A stretch of DNA of 35,569 nt, from the IMG/VR virus record IMGVR_UViG_3300048892_000070, positions 1 through 35,569 of that record; one strand, given 5' to 3'. Under the pieces are notes generated by a model that saw nothing but the letters and a program-made list of their open reading frames with translations, did no database searches and had not been told where the DNA came from. The stretch comes from a virus. Lineage: Duplodnaviria > Caudoviricetes. A program made the translations under genes and the position numbers. Below are positions 1 to 8,181 of this stretch, one piece after another (position 1 is the stretch's first letter; every line of letters begins with the position of its first letter).

Positions 1-1
1 C

Positions 2-562
2 TTCCGGGGCGTGATGATGGGCGAGGAGCCTACGGTCGAGTGTCAGGCCGGCTCGGCGATGCCCCGCTCCGACGCTGCCAAGCAGGCGGCGATCCTGGAG
101 ATCCTCCAGACCATGTTCCAGTACGGCATGGCTCCGAATCAGCGCGACCTACGCAAGGTCTTCAAGGACTACCAGGTCGGCGCTCTGGATCAATTGTTCT
201 CGGGCCTCTCCACGACTGAGCAGCAGATCCAGCGCGAGAACCGGAATATGGCCCTCGGAGAAGCGGTGGACATCAACGCCTTCGATGAAGACCAGGATCA
301 CATCGACGGCCACGAGGAATTCCAGCGCTCCGCACGCTACCTGCAACTCGAACCGCAGATCAAGCAGTTGGTCGAACTTCACGTCAACGCCCACCGCGAA
401 CGGATCAAACAGCAGGTGGACATGCAGGTCCAAGCGCAGGCCGCAGCCCAGCAGGGCCAGATGGGAGCCGAACATCAGATGACGCTCGAACAGGGCTCAC
501 ACGAAGCGGCGCTGGACGTTGCCAAGCAACACGCCGCCCCGACCCCTCCCGCCCGTGGCTAG
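2..562 (+). CDS. Portal protein, C-terminal part (5' truncated by window)
   Basis: Frame is open from the window start. Gln-rich helical tail with 'AFDEDQDHIDGHEEF...LHVNAH', upstream of scaffold and capsid. Positional inference. Confidence 0.7.
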   Translation, partial: FRGVMMGEEPTVECQAGSAMPRSDAAKQAAILEILQTMFQYGMAPNQRDLRKVFKDYQVGALDQLFSGLSTTEQQIQRENRNMALGEAVDINAFDEDQDHIDGHEEFQRSARYLQLEPQIKQLVELHVNAHRERIKQQVDMQVQAQAAAQQGQMGAEHQMTLEQGSHEAALDVAKQHAAPTPPARG

Positions 563-770
563 CTCGATCAAAGCTGCGATGCAGAAGATGATGAAAGAAA
601 ACGCCGAACGCCCCAACTCCGGTCACCGCCCCCCGAACCTCCATATGACCGAAGACACCCACAAGTCCTGCTCCACCTGCCTGCACTACGACAAGAATTT
701 CTGCGATCTCTACGACTACCGGACCCAGCCCAGCGAAGTATGCGACTCCTGGGCTCCCCTTCCCGAATAG
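555..770 (+). CDS. Small Cys4 protein, HiPIP-like motif (71 aa)
   Basis: GTG at 555 overlaps the portal end. Motif CSTC-x7-C-x12-CDSW. Confidence 0.65.
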   Translation: MASSIKAAMQKMMKENAERPNSGHRPPNLHMTEDTHKSCSTCLHYDKNFCDLYDYRTQPSEVCDSWAPLPE

Positions 771-777
771 GAGAACT

Positions 778-924
778 ATGAGCGCATTCGACAAACTCGC
801 CGGGAAGCTGGCGAAGAAGAAGGGCGTATCGAACCCCCGTGCGCTCGCCGCCTTCATTGGCGACCAGAAATACGGCAAGGCTGGCATGGCAAAGAAAGCC
901 GCCGCTGCGAGGAGAGGCAAGTGA
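778..924 (+). CDS. Small basic protein (48 aa), not in ORF track
   Basis: AGGAG RBS then ATG. MSAFDKLAGKLAKKKGVSNPRALAAFIGDQKYGKAGMAKKAAAARRGK. GTGA overlap with next gene. Confidence 0.75.
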   Translation: MSAFDKLAGKLAKKKGVSNPRALAAFIGDQKYGKAGMAKKAAAARRGK

Positions 925-1262
925 GCAACTCACAGACCATGCGCCTCATGCAGGCGCTTGAGTTCTTCAACTCCCGTACCCGTGGCGCAGAGCTGCCCAA
1001 GGGCGTCCAGGAGGCCGTAGAGGGCCTCCAGAAGGCATTGGGGCAGCCTGCCCCAGGACAGGACACCCCCGGCGCGAGAGCGGCTCTGAAGGTCGCCCCC
1101 GGCACAGACGGGACGGGAGAGAACTACCGCAAGGCAGCGGTCGGAGTGGACGGACCCTCCCCGGGCCAGAAAGAGGCCAACGGCATCTCGGCTGAAATCC
1201 AAAAGGCAGCCGAGGCGATCCTCTCCAAGGGCGGCGAATCGACGCCCACCGAAGCCACCTAA
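921..1262 (+). CDS. Hypothetical head-region protein
   Basis: GGAGAGG upstream, GTGA coupling to previous gene. Confidence 0.7.
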   Translation: MSNSQTMRLMQALEFFNSRTRGAELPKGVQEAVEGLQKALGQPAPGQDTPGARAALKVAPGTDGTGENYRKAAVGVDGPSPGQKEANGISAEIQKAAEAILSKGGESTPTEAT

Positions 1263-1283
1263 GACTTTCCACGTAACACGAAT

Positions 1284-1431
1284 CGACCAAGGACCGCCAC
1301 AGCAGTAGCCAAGGCCCTACGGGTACAGCTACGCCAAGGGCAAGGTCACAGTCGGGAATAGGAGTACCCAATGGCAGGTGACGCCGTACAGCCCGCCGAT
1401 GCAGGCGAGAGCCAAGGCGACGCGACAGCCA
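1284..1431 (+). promoter_or_regulatory. Putative structured cis-regulatory RNA with repeated CAAG/ACA internal loops around scaffold start
   Basis: Hand folding gives a hairpin at 1284-1354 with three CAAG/ACA loops and a hairpin at 1382-1422 with a fourth. Confidence 0.65.
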
Positions 1432-2177
1432 CCGACTCGGGGTTGTATGACCTCGACTCAGTCGCACCCGATGTGCGGGAGCTTCTTGAGCCCCACATCA
1501 AGGCAATCAACGGAAACGTAGAAAAGAAGTTCCGCGAAGCAGCCGACGAACGAAAAGGTTGGCAACCCTACGAGGAGCTTGGGCTGAAGGACATTCAGCC
1601 TGAAGAACTTCAGGGGCTTCTGGAGTTCGCCAAAATGGCGAACGATCCCGAAAAGTTCGGCCAGTGGTGGCAGGACGCTGGGAAAGAAATGGGCCTGTTC
1701 GACAAGTTCAGCGAGCAGGAGAACGACGACCTCGACCTGGAGTCAGTCGAAGATTTCTCGCAAGAGAACATCGAGAAACTGATTGCGGAGAAAGTGGCCG
1801 AGGCCACCTCTCCGATCCAGGAGAAGTTCCAGGCACAAGAGCAAGAACGCCTGGAGCAAGAGGCAAGCCAGGAGATCACTTCTCAGCTCGAGGAGATCCG
1901 GAAAGAGCATCCGGACCTTCCCAAGGGCGCAGAGGATGCGATCGTCAGGCTCGCCTACTCCCACGCGGACGAGGACCCGAACCCAATCCAGAAGGGCTTT
2001 GAGGAATACGAGCAGTTGATCGGCCAGGGCGAGAAGGCCCTGTTCACCGACAAGGCAGAGCAGCCACAGACCCCAGAGGGTCCAGGGGCCGCTTCTACGT
2101 CTCCCGAGAAAGTCACCTCGTTTGGTGACCCCCGCCTCAAGGCGATGGCAGCCGAAAGGCTGAAGAACAGCGCCTGA
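1371..2177 (+). CDS. Capsid scaffolding protein
   Basis: Very acidic, helical, basic C-terminal tip. Directly precedes the capsid gene. AGGAG RBS at 1360-1364. Confidence 0.8.
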   Translation: MAGDAVQPADAGESQGDATATDSGLYDLDSVAPDVRELLEPHIKAINGNVEKKFREAADERKGWQPYEELGLKDIQPEELQGLLEFAKMANDPEKFGQWWQDAGKEMGLFDKFSEQENDDLDLESVEDFSQENIEKLIAEKVAEATSPIQEKFQAQEQERLEQEASQEITSQLEEIRKEHPDLPKGAEDAIVRLAYSHADEDPNPIQKGFEEYEQLIGQGEKALFTDKAEQPQTPEGPGAASTSPEKVTSFGDPRLKAMAAERLKNSA

Positions 2178-2188
2178 TTCACCGCGAC

Positions 2189-2228
2189 TGAGGAAATCCT
2201 TGTCCCTCTGACACCAGGAGTTTCCTCA
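2189..2228 (+). promoter_or_regulatory. Hairpin sequestering the capsid RBS
   Basis: TGAGGAAA-TCCT-TGTC pairs with GACA-cc-AGGA-g-TTTCCTCA. The 3' arm holds AGGAG and the A of ATG. Confidence 0.55.
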
Positions 2229-3472
2229 TGGCAACGCAGACACTCTCTGCTGCCGACGCGATTCTCAAGGACCTGTATGTCGGTCCCGTAGTCGAGCAGC
2301 TCAACCAGAAGACGTACCTGATCGACCAGATCGAGCGCGATTCGCAGTCCATCGACCACACCGGTCGACGGGCCGTGATCCCCGTTCACACCAACCGCAA
2401 CCGTGGCCGTGGCTCACGCGCTGACGGGGGCAACCTGCCCGCCGCCGGCACGCAGTCCTGGCAGGACGCGATTGTCAACATCCGCTACAACTACTCGGCC
2501 ATCGAGGTCACTGATGGCTCGATCAAGGCCTCTCAGTCAAACGAGGGTGCCTTCGTCAACATCCTCGACGCCGAGACGAAGGGCTGCGCGAACGATCTCC
2601 GCAAGGACATCAACCGCCAGGTCTTCGGGACCGGGGACGGCCTCCTCTCGACCGTCGCCAAATCCCAGACGGAAACAACCGTCCTGGAATTGGAATCGGT
2701 CCAGTACGTCGCAGTCGGAGATCCGGTGGATGTCCGCCGCAAGACCGATGGCGTCGCAACCGAAGGCGTCACCTCCGTTTCGATCAAAAAACGGACGGGC
2801 GGCACCACCAAGACCATCGAACTCTCGACCAAAGTGGCCGGGACGGTTGACACCAAATTCGGGGTCTACCTGCAGGAAAGCCGCAACAACGAGATGGACG
2901 GGCTCCGCAACATCATCGAAACGAAACGGACCCTCCACTCGATCAACTCGGAAACCGCCGGTAACGAGTTCTGGAACGGCAACATCCGGGAAGCAGGCTC
3001 CAGCGCGACCTCTACATCGGTCGCAGGCGAGTCTGTGTTCGAGCAGGCCGCCGATGATGTCGGTTTCTCGGGCCAGGGCGAGGTCGAGGTCTTCCTCACC
3101 ACGCGTGGTATCCGCAGAAGGCTGGCGGACACCTACCAGTCCCAGAAGCGCTACAACGATGCCCAGGCCGTCAACGTCCACGGTGGCTACTCGGCCATCC
3201 TGGTCAACGAGGTCCCGGTCATCGCTGATGACGACGCCCCGCGCAACACCGCGTTCGGGCTGAACAAGGAGTCGTTCCGCTGGTTCCAACAGTCCAGTCC
3301 GGGCTGGATGGATCAGGCGGGTGGGGGTGTGTTCCACCTCAAGGACGGTTCCAGCGCTGGAACGAAGGTTGCCACGTGGCAGGCCTTCTTCAGTTGGTAC
3401 TGCGCCCTCGGCTGCGTCGCGCCGAACCGCAACGCCAAGATCATCTACATCACCGACGACAACCCGTCATAG
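2228..3472 (+). CDS. Major capsid protein (HK97-fold expected)
   Basis: 414 aa after scaffold. 'LKDLY.GPV.EQLN', 'DLRKDINRQVFGTGDG' and 'LGCVAPNRNA' are typical of phage major capsids. Followed by a terminator. Confidence 0.88.
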   Translation: MATQTLSAADAILKDLYVGPVVEQLNQKTYLIDQIERDSQSIDHTGRRAVIPVHTNRNRGRGSRADGGNLPAAGTQSWQDAIVNIRYNYSAIEVTDGSIKASQSNEGAFVNILDAETKGCANDLRKDINRQVFGTGDGLLSTVAKSQTETTVLELESVQYVAVGDPVDVRRKTDGVATEGVTSVSIKKRTGGTTKTIELSTKVAGTVDTKFGVYLQESRNNEMDGLRNIIETKRTLHSINSETAGNEFWNGNIREAGSSATSTSVAGESVFEQAADDVGFSGQGEVEVFLTTRGIRRRLADTYQSQKRYNDAQAVNVHGGYSAILVNEVPVIADDDAPRNTAFGLNKESFRWFQQSSPGWMDQAGGGVFHLKDGSSAGTKVATWQAFFSWYCALGCVAPNRNAKIIYITDDNPS

Positions 3473-3480
3473 GTTTGAGG

Positions 3481-3515
3481 GTGGGGCTGCGCCTTCGGGC
3501 GTGGCCCCTACTTTC
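3481..3515 (+). terminator. Intrinsic terminator/attenuator after capsid gene
   Basis: GTGGGGCTGCGCC-TTCG-GGCGTGGCCCCTAC stem with cUUCGg loop and a short T tract. Confidence 0.7.
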
Positions 3516-3528
3516 AAGGAAAGGACGC

Positions 3529-3981
3529 ATGGAGATTCGCCCCGCTTCACTCGCCATGTTCGCCAAGGGCCGCGAGGGCCAGCTGGTCCCCATAGACGAT
3601 GACGTACAGGGTGTGGCGAATGCCCTCAACGAGATTGACCACCACTTCCGCCTGCGCTACTCAGAGGCCGGCGAATACTTTGTCGTGTACTGGAAGGGCG
3701 ACGAGGAACCGGAGGGCGACGGCTACCTCATTACGACCGCTCAAGAACTTGACCACCGCCTCGTCAACCACGTAGGCGAGATTTACAAGCGCTGCCAGGC
3801 ACCGGGCTATTCCTTTGCCGACGAGCTGGAGCGCACCGAGGCCGAGGCCCGCGCACAGAAAGACCATGAGTTCCTTGAGAAGCACGGGGAGATGTACGAA
3901 CAGATGGCCTACGCGATGCGCCACGACCTCGGCTACGACCAACAAAGAGTCTTTATCCCGAAGGAGATAGCGAGTGTCTGA
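3529..3981 (+). CDS. Hypothetical virion-operon protein (150 aa)
   Basis: GAAAGGA RBS before ATG 3529. Overlaps next gene. Confidence 0.75.
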   Translation: MEIRPASLAMFAKGREGQLVPIDDDVQGVANALNEIDHHFRLRYSEAGEYFVVYWKGDEEPEGDGYLITTAQELDHRLVNHVGEIYKRCQAPGYSFADELERTEAEARAQKDHEFLEKHGEMYEQMAYAMRHDLGYDQQRVFIPKEIASV

Positions 3982-4666
3982 AGCTGACCTTGTCATCGCT
4001 GTCCCCTCAAGGGGCAATTGTCGCGTCGAGTGGGCCTCTGCCCTAAAGATGCTTGAGCCGCCCGTGAACTACTCATGGGCGCTCCGCTTCATCACGGGAG
4101 AGGAAGTGGACGACGCGAGGAACGGGAGCGTTCTCGATGCCCGCGAGATGGGTGCCAAATACCTGATGTTCATTGACGACGACACCCTGATTCCCAACCA
4201 GGGCCTGCGGCGCATGGTTTACCTGATGGAGAACCACCCCGAGTGGGACCTTCTCTCGGGGGTCTACGTGACCAAGACCGACCCTCCCCAGACCCTTGTG
4301 TTCCGAGAGGGCAACCCCGGCCCCTCCTGGGACTGGAAGTTCAACGAGCAGTTCCCGATCACGGGCTGCGGGATGGGCTGCTGTCTAATCCGCATGAGTG
4401 CCTTCGAAAAGGTGGAGGAGCCGTGGTTCAAGTTCGTCCGCCAATCGGAAGGCAAGAATCACTCGGAGGAGGGCGAGGACCTGTACTTCTGCCGCAAGCT
4501 CGAAGAGGCCGGCGGGACGATGATGGCTGACGGGGGACTGCTCTGCGGCCACATCAACAAACAGGGCGCGATCTTCTCGATCCCCGCCGACTCCCTGCCG
4601 ATCCGTAACGGCGACATGAAGGGCCACACGATCATCGACGCCACCGAGACCCTGAGCGCCGCATGA
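3974..4666 (+). CDS. Glycosyltransferase, GT-A fold (family 2-like)
   Basis: N-terminal VIAVPSRG strand, YLMFIDDD (DxD), GCGMGCCLI and GEDLYFC motifs. Confidence 0.85.
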   Translation: MSEADLVIAVPSRGNCRVEWASALKMLEPPVNYSWALRFITGEEVDDARNGSVLDAREMGAKYLMFIDDDTLIPNQGLRRMVYLMENHPEWDLLSGVYVTKTDPPQTLVFREGNPGPSWDWKFNEQFPITGCGMGCCLIRMSAFEKVEEPWFKFVRQSEGKNHSEEGEDLYFCRKLEEAGGTMMADGGLLCGHINKQGAIFSIPADSLPIRNGDMKGHTIIDATETLSAA

Positions 4667-5316
4667 GCATCGCAGGCAGGACGTACCTGGAACTTCAGGA
4701 CGAGGTTTTGGAATTCCAGTTCAGCCCCAACAAGTACCGGCCGCTGGTCAAGCGCTGGCTTAACGAGGCCCAGCGCCAGGTCGCCATCTCCGCCGAGCTC
4801 CGCGACATGGAGACGACCACGGCCGTTACCACCACGCCGACGACCGAAGGCTACGTTCTCCCCGAAAACTACGGGCGCCTTCTCGACTTCTTCTACATCG
4901 AAAGCCACGAACTCGTCGCCCCGATGGACGTTCGGGACCTCGACGCCCTCCCTGAATCGACGGGACGCCCCTATGCCTACGTGGTCCGCGATGACGAACT
5001 GATCCTCTACCCGACCCCTGACGGCGTCTACACCTTCACGCTGCGCTACTGGAAGCTCCCGGCCGACATGGTGGCGGACTCAGACGAACCCGAACTTCCC
5101 GTGCAGTACCACCAAACCCTGATCGGCTACCCGATGTGGAAAGCCTATCTGCGAGAGAACGACTACGCGGCTGCCTCCACCTGGCAGGCAATCTGGGAAC
5201 AGGGCCTGCTCAAACTGCGGGGCGAGGTGCAGCACGACAGCTTCGACGGGCCGCGTCAGGTCGACGGATCGTGGGGGGATGCTCACGGGATACCCCCGTA
5301 TGCGAGTTGGAGGTAG
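4663..5316 (+). CDS. Head-tail adaptor (tail tubular A-like)
   Basis: 'KRWLNEAQRQV', 'GRPYAY...LYPTPDGVYT..LRY', 'PELPVQYHQTLI' pattern of phage adaptors. Position fits. Confidence 0.75.
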   Translation: MSIAGRTYLELQDEVLEFQFSPNKYRPLVKRWLNEAQRQVAISAELRDMETTTAVTTTPTTEGYVLPENYGRLLDFFYIESHELVAPMDVRDLDALPESTGRPYAYVVRDDELILYPTPDGVYTFTLRYWKLPADMVADSDEPELPVQYHQTLIGYPMWKAYLRENDYAAASTWQAIWEQGLLKLRGEVQHDSFDGPRQVDGSWGDAHGIPPYASWR

Positions 5317-5319
5317 GGG

Positions 5320-6885
5320 GTGAGGGGCTGGCCGATCACATACCAGGACTTCTCCGGGGGCCTGAACACCCAGGGCGGCGTCTACCTAGCCGCCGACAAC
5401 CAGTGTCGGGAAGCTCTGAATGTCCACACCTCTCTGACCGGGGACATCGAGAAGCGAAACGGCTTCGTGACTCTGAGCGGGTCCACCCTGACCGGCTCCC
5501 CGATCAACGGCACGGGCGTCCACACGCTCTTTCCCGCGAACACTTCGACCAAGAGCCTGCTCGGGGTAGCGACCACCTCAAGCACGGACACGATCTTCAA
5601 GATGACCACGGCTGGGGTCGCCTCGGCCCTCAAAACGGGTCTGGCCGCGAACACCCGCTGGTGGTTTGCCCAGAGCGAAGTCAACGGCTCGGCGGGGCCG
5701 ATCTTCGGGCTGAACGGCACCGACACCCCGGTTCGCTGGGATGGCTCCGCAGGCTCAACCTCCGAATGGAAAGCCAGCACCGGGGAAGTCCCCAAAGGCG
5801 CTAAGTATCTGACCGCCTTCTCTGAGCGCCTCTGGGCGGCTGAAGGCTCCCGCGTATGGTACTCGGGCATCACCGGCTCGACCCCGGACCCGCTGAACTG
5901 GGACTCCGAAAACTACGTCGACCTCGAGCCCAATGACGGGCAGGTCATCACCGGGATAGGGGTAGTCGGGAACTACCTGATGGTCTTCAAGGCCCGCAAG
6001 ACCTACGCCATCTATGACGCGGTGACGGCAGCCAACCGCCAGATCTCCAACCAGGTCGGCTGCGTGGCCCCTCGCTCAATCGTCCAGACCCCCGCAGGAC
6101 TGTTCTTCCTCTCCGAGGACCAAGGTGTCTGCTCCACCGATGGAGTCAAAGTCTCCCCGTTCTCGGACACGATCAAGCCGACGCTGGACGAAGTCGCTGC
6201 CTCCCCCTCCACCCAGGCCCTTGCCGCCGGCGTCCTCCGCGAGCGCCGCTACTTCCTCTCGATCTCCACGGGCGGGACGCGGAACGACCACACCCTTGAG
6301 TACGACCTCCTCTCTTCAAGCTGGTGGCTGCACGACTGCGCCACAAACCAGTACGCGCTCCTAGATCCAGGAGGCACCCCAGTCCTCTACTCGGCCGACT
6401 CGACCACCACGGCACGGGTGAGCAAAGCCTTTGTCTCAGGCACCTTCACCGACAACGGGGCCAAGTACAAAGGCAAAAGCTTCTACGTCAGCCCCTACTA
6501 CGCCTGGGGCTTCTCAGGGTCCATCAGGTATCTCCGATACATCGATCCCCACAAAGTCAAGCGCATCCCGGAGATGCGGGTGGATGGGGTCGGAGCGTGG
6601 GAAGCGCTGATTGCCTTCGACTACTCCGACGAATTCGAAGTCATCGAAGGGGAAGCCTGGGAGACCCCTGGCTCTCCGCTCGGCGGCATCTTCGAAGAAG
6701 CGGACGGGACGAAATTCGAAGGCGAAGGGGACGGCACCTTTGAAGAACAGAGCGAAGTCGTCGTGGATCGCCACTACCACACCGTAGGCATAGGCCGTTC
6801 GGCCAGCGTCAAATACGTGAACGACGACGAAAACAACTTCCGAATCTTGAGTCAAACCATTTCGATACTTGTGAGAGAGGACTGA
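5320..6885 (+). CDS. Tail nozzle / stabilization protein (tubular B, P22 gp10-like)
   Basis: 521 aa, beta-rich. Starts 'DFSGGLNT...ALNV...GDIEKRNG'; 'RLW', 'VWYS', 'VGCVAPRSI' motifs. Confidence 0.75.
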   Translation: MRGWPITYQDFSGGLNTQGGVYLAADNQCREALNVHTSLTGDIEKRNGFVTLSGSTLTGSPINGTGVHTLFPANTSTKSLLGVATTSSTDTIFKMTTAGVASALKTGLAANTRWWFAQSEVNGSAGPIFGLNGTDTPVRWDGSAGSTSEWKASTGEVPKGAKYLTAFSERLWAAEGSRVWYSGITGSTPDPLNWDSENYVDLEPNDGQVITGIGVVGNYLMVFKARKTYAIYDAVTAANRQISNQVGCVAPRSIVQTPAGLFFLSEDQGVCSTDGVKVSPFSDTIKPTLDEVAASPSTQALAAGVLRERRYFLSISTGGTRNDHTLEYDLLSSSWWLHDCATNQYALLDPGGTPVLYSADSTTTARVSKAFVSGTFTDNGAKYKGKSFYVSPYYAWGFSGSIRYLRYIDPHKVKRIPEMRVDGVGAWEALIAFDYSDEFEVIEGEAWETPGSPLGGIFEEADGTKFEGEGDGTFEEQSEVVVDRHYHTVGIGRSASVKYVNDDENNFRILSQTISILVRED

Positions 6886-7526
6886 TGACAGGCTCAATTA
6901 GCCCCGAACTTCCTAGCGGCGGAGAACCGCGCAGTACCTCGGACTCAAAGGTCAAGGGGTCGCTTATTACGCTGCGGGACGGCCTCAACAACCTCCTGAA
7001 CAGCGAAAACAAGGTCGCCAAGGCCTCCTTGGAAGCGGGCGCGGCCCCCGTAACGTGGTACACGCCGAAGGTCATCGCCACCGAAGAGAGCCGGACCAAT
7101 ACGGCCTTTGGGACGCTGACCACCGCTGACGAAATCAAATCGGTGGTGCTGCCAGAAAACGGGTTGATCTGCGTCAGCTACCGAGCATTCGTAAAATCCT
7201 CGGTAGCAAGCGCAGGGACAATCGCCCTCTTCGTCGGGTCGAACCAGTGCAAGAACGCAATCGGCGGCGAAAGTACATCGAAGTCAACCTCTGGAACCGA
7301 AACCAGTCTGTTCATCTTCAAGCCTGCCGAAAACGAGGCGGGGGAACCTTGGCTCCGAACCAGCGGGGCTTTCACTGACGCCACGACCGGACAGATTGCC
7401 AGTGATGCCTTTGTCCCCATATTCGCCGCCGCCGGCACCTACAACATCAGCGTCCAGTACAAGGCTTCCTCGGGCTCGGTAACAGCAAAAGCCCGCAAGC
7501 TCTGGGTCTACACGGTGGGTGTCTAG
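6885..7526 (+). CDS. Putative tail fibre / minor tail protein
   Basis: Ser/Thr-rich beta C-terminal domain ('AAAGTYNISVQYK'). Coupled to nozzle gene. Confidence 0.55.
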   Translation: MTGSISPELPSGGEPRSTSDSKVKGSLITLRDGLNNLLNSENKVAKASLEAGAAPVTWYTPKVIATEESRTNTAFGTLTTADEIKSVVLPENGLICVSYRAFVKSSVASAGTIALFVGSNQCKNAIGGESTSKSTSGTETSLFIFKPAENEAGEPWLRTSGAFTDATTGQIASDAFVPIFAAAGTYNISVQYKASSGSVTAKARKLWVYTVGV

Positions 7527-8020
7527 TGGGCGTCGTCACGCAGCTTGCGAGCATCACGCTTTAGTTGCCTCCAGCACTTCGGTCGGTAGGAGCCACGCGC
7601 CCCCCGGCATTCGTCGCGTGTTTCGCGCCATTCTTCCCAACCCTGGCGGCGAAGTACATCTTCTCCGAGAACCCCCGTTGAGCCGCAAGCTGGCAGGCTC
7701 ATCATTTCGGGGTGGTCAAGTCCGAGCAGGTGCCCGTACTCATGTCTCACGATGCTGCAAAGGAATTCGCCGCTCAGTCCTTCGGCAATCAGGAGTTCGC
7801 AGGGCATCGGCCCCGTTGGCATCGTCGCCTCCCCGAAAGCGTCGATTGACCCGGGCGGCACGACTTCCTTCCTGATCGTCGTGCAGAGCGTCGGCTCCCT
7901 GCCCCAAAACGCTTCGGCTTCGGCGTACGCCTGTTCCTCGGCTGGGCCGAACGGTGCCGCCCGCGCCCCCGACGCCCCTAGCGCCAGCAGAACGGCAGCG
8001 AGCAGAAAGGCGCGCTTCAC
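7523..8020 (-). CDS. Secreted zinc metalloprotease-like protein (matrixin/metzincin motif)
   Basis: Signal peptide MKRAFLLAAVLLALGASGARA. HEYGHLLGLDH followed by Met (PEMM). Confidence 0.75.
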   Translation of the reverse strand: MKRAFLLAAVLLALGASGARAAPFGPAEEQAYAEAEAFWGREPTLCTTIRKEVVPPGSIDAFGEATMPTGPMPCELLIAEGLSGEFLCSIVRHEYGHLLGLDHPEMMSLPACGSTGVLGEDVLRRQGWEEWRETRDECRGARGSYRPKCWRQLKRDARKLRDDAH

Positions 8021-8163
8021 CCCAGGTGCCGCTCAAACCATTCGAGTAGGTCCTCGGCCCAATGGCCCGTGATCGCCCAGAGCTTTAGGACTGCCCAGGC
8101 CGACCAGAACGCGATGGGGATGACCCCCAGGACAACGATCACTAGCCACCAGAACCACGTCAC
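8017..8163 (-). CDS. Trp-rich membrane peptide (48 aa), not in ORF track
   Basis: MTWFWWLVIVVLGVIPIAFWSAWAVLKLWAITGHWAEDLLEWFERHLG. GTGA overlap with the protease start. Confidence 0.6.
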   Translation of the reverse strand: MTWFWWLVIVVLGVIPIAFWSAWAVLKLWAITGHWAEDLLEWFERHLG

Positions 8164-8181
8164 AACTCAGGAGCCTACCGC

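Noticed and set aside
3376-3528. N-terminal extension of the post-capsid ORF
   Set aside because: It overlaps the capsid gene and terminator. The RBS supports ATG 3529.
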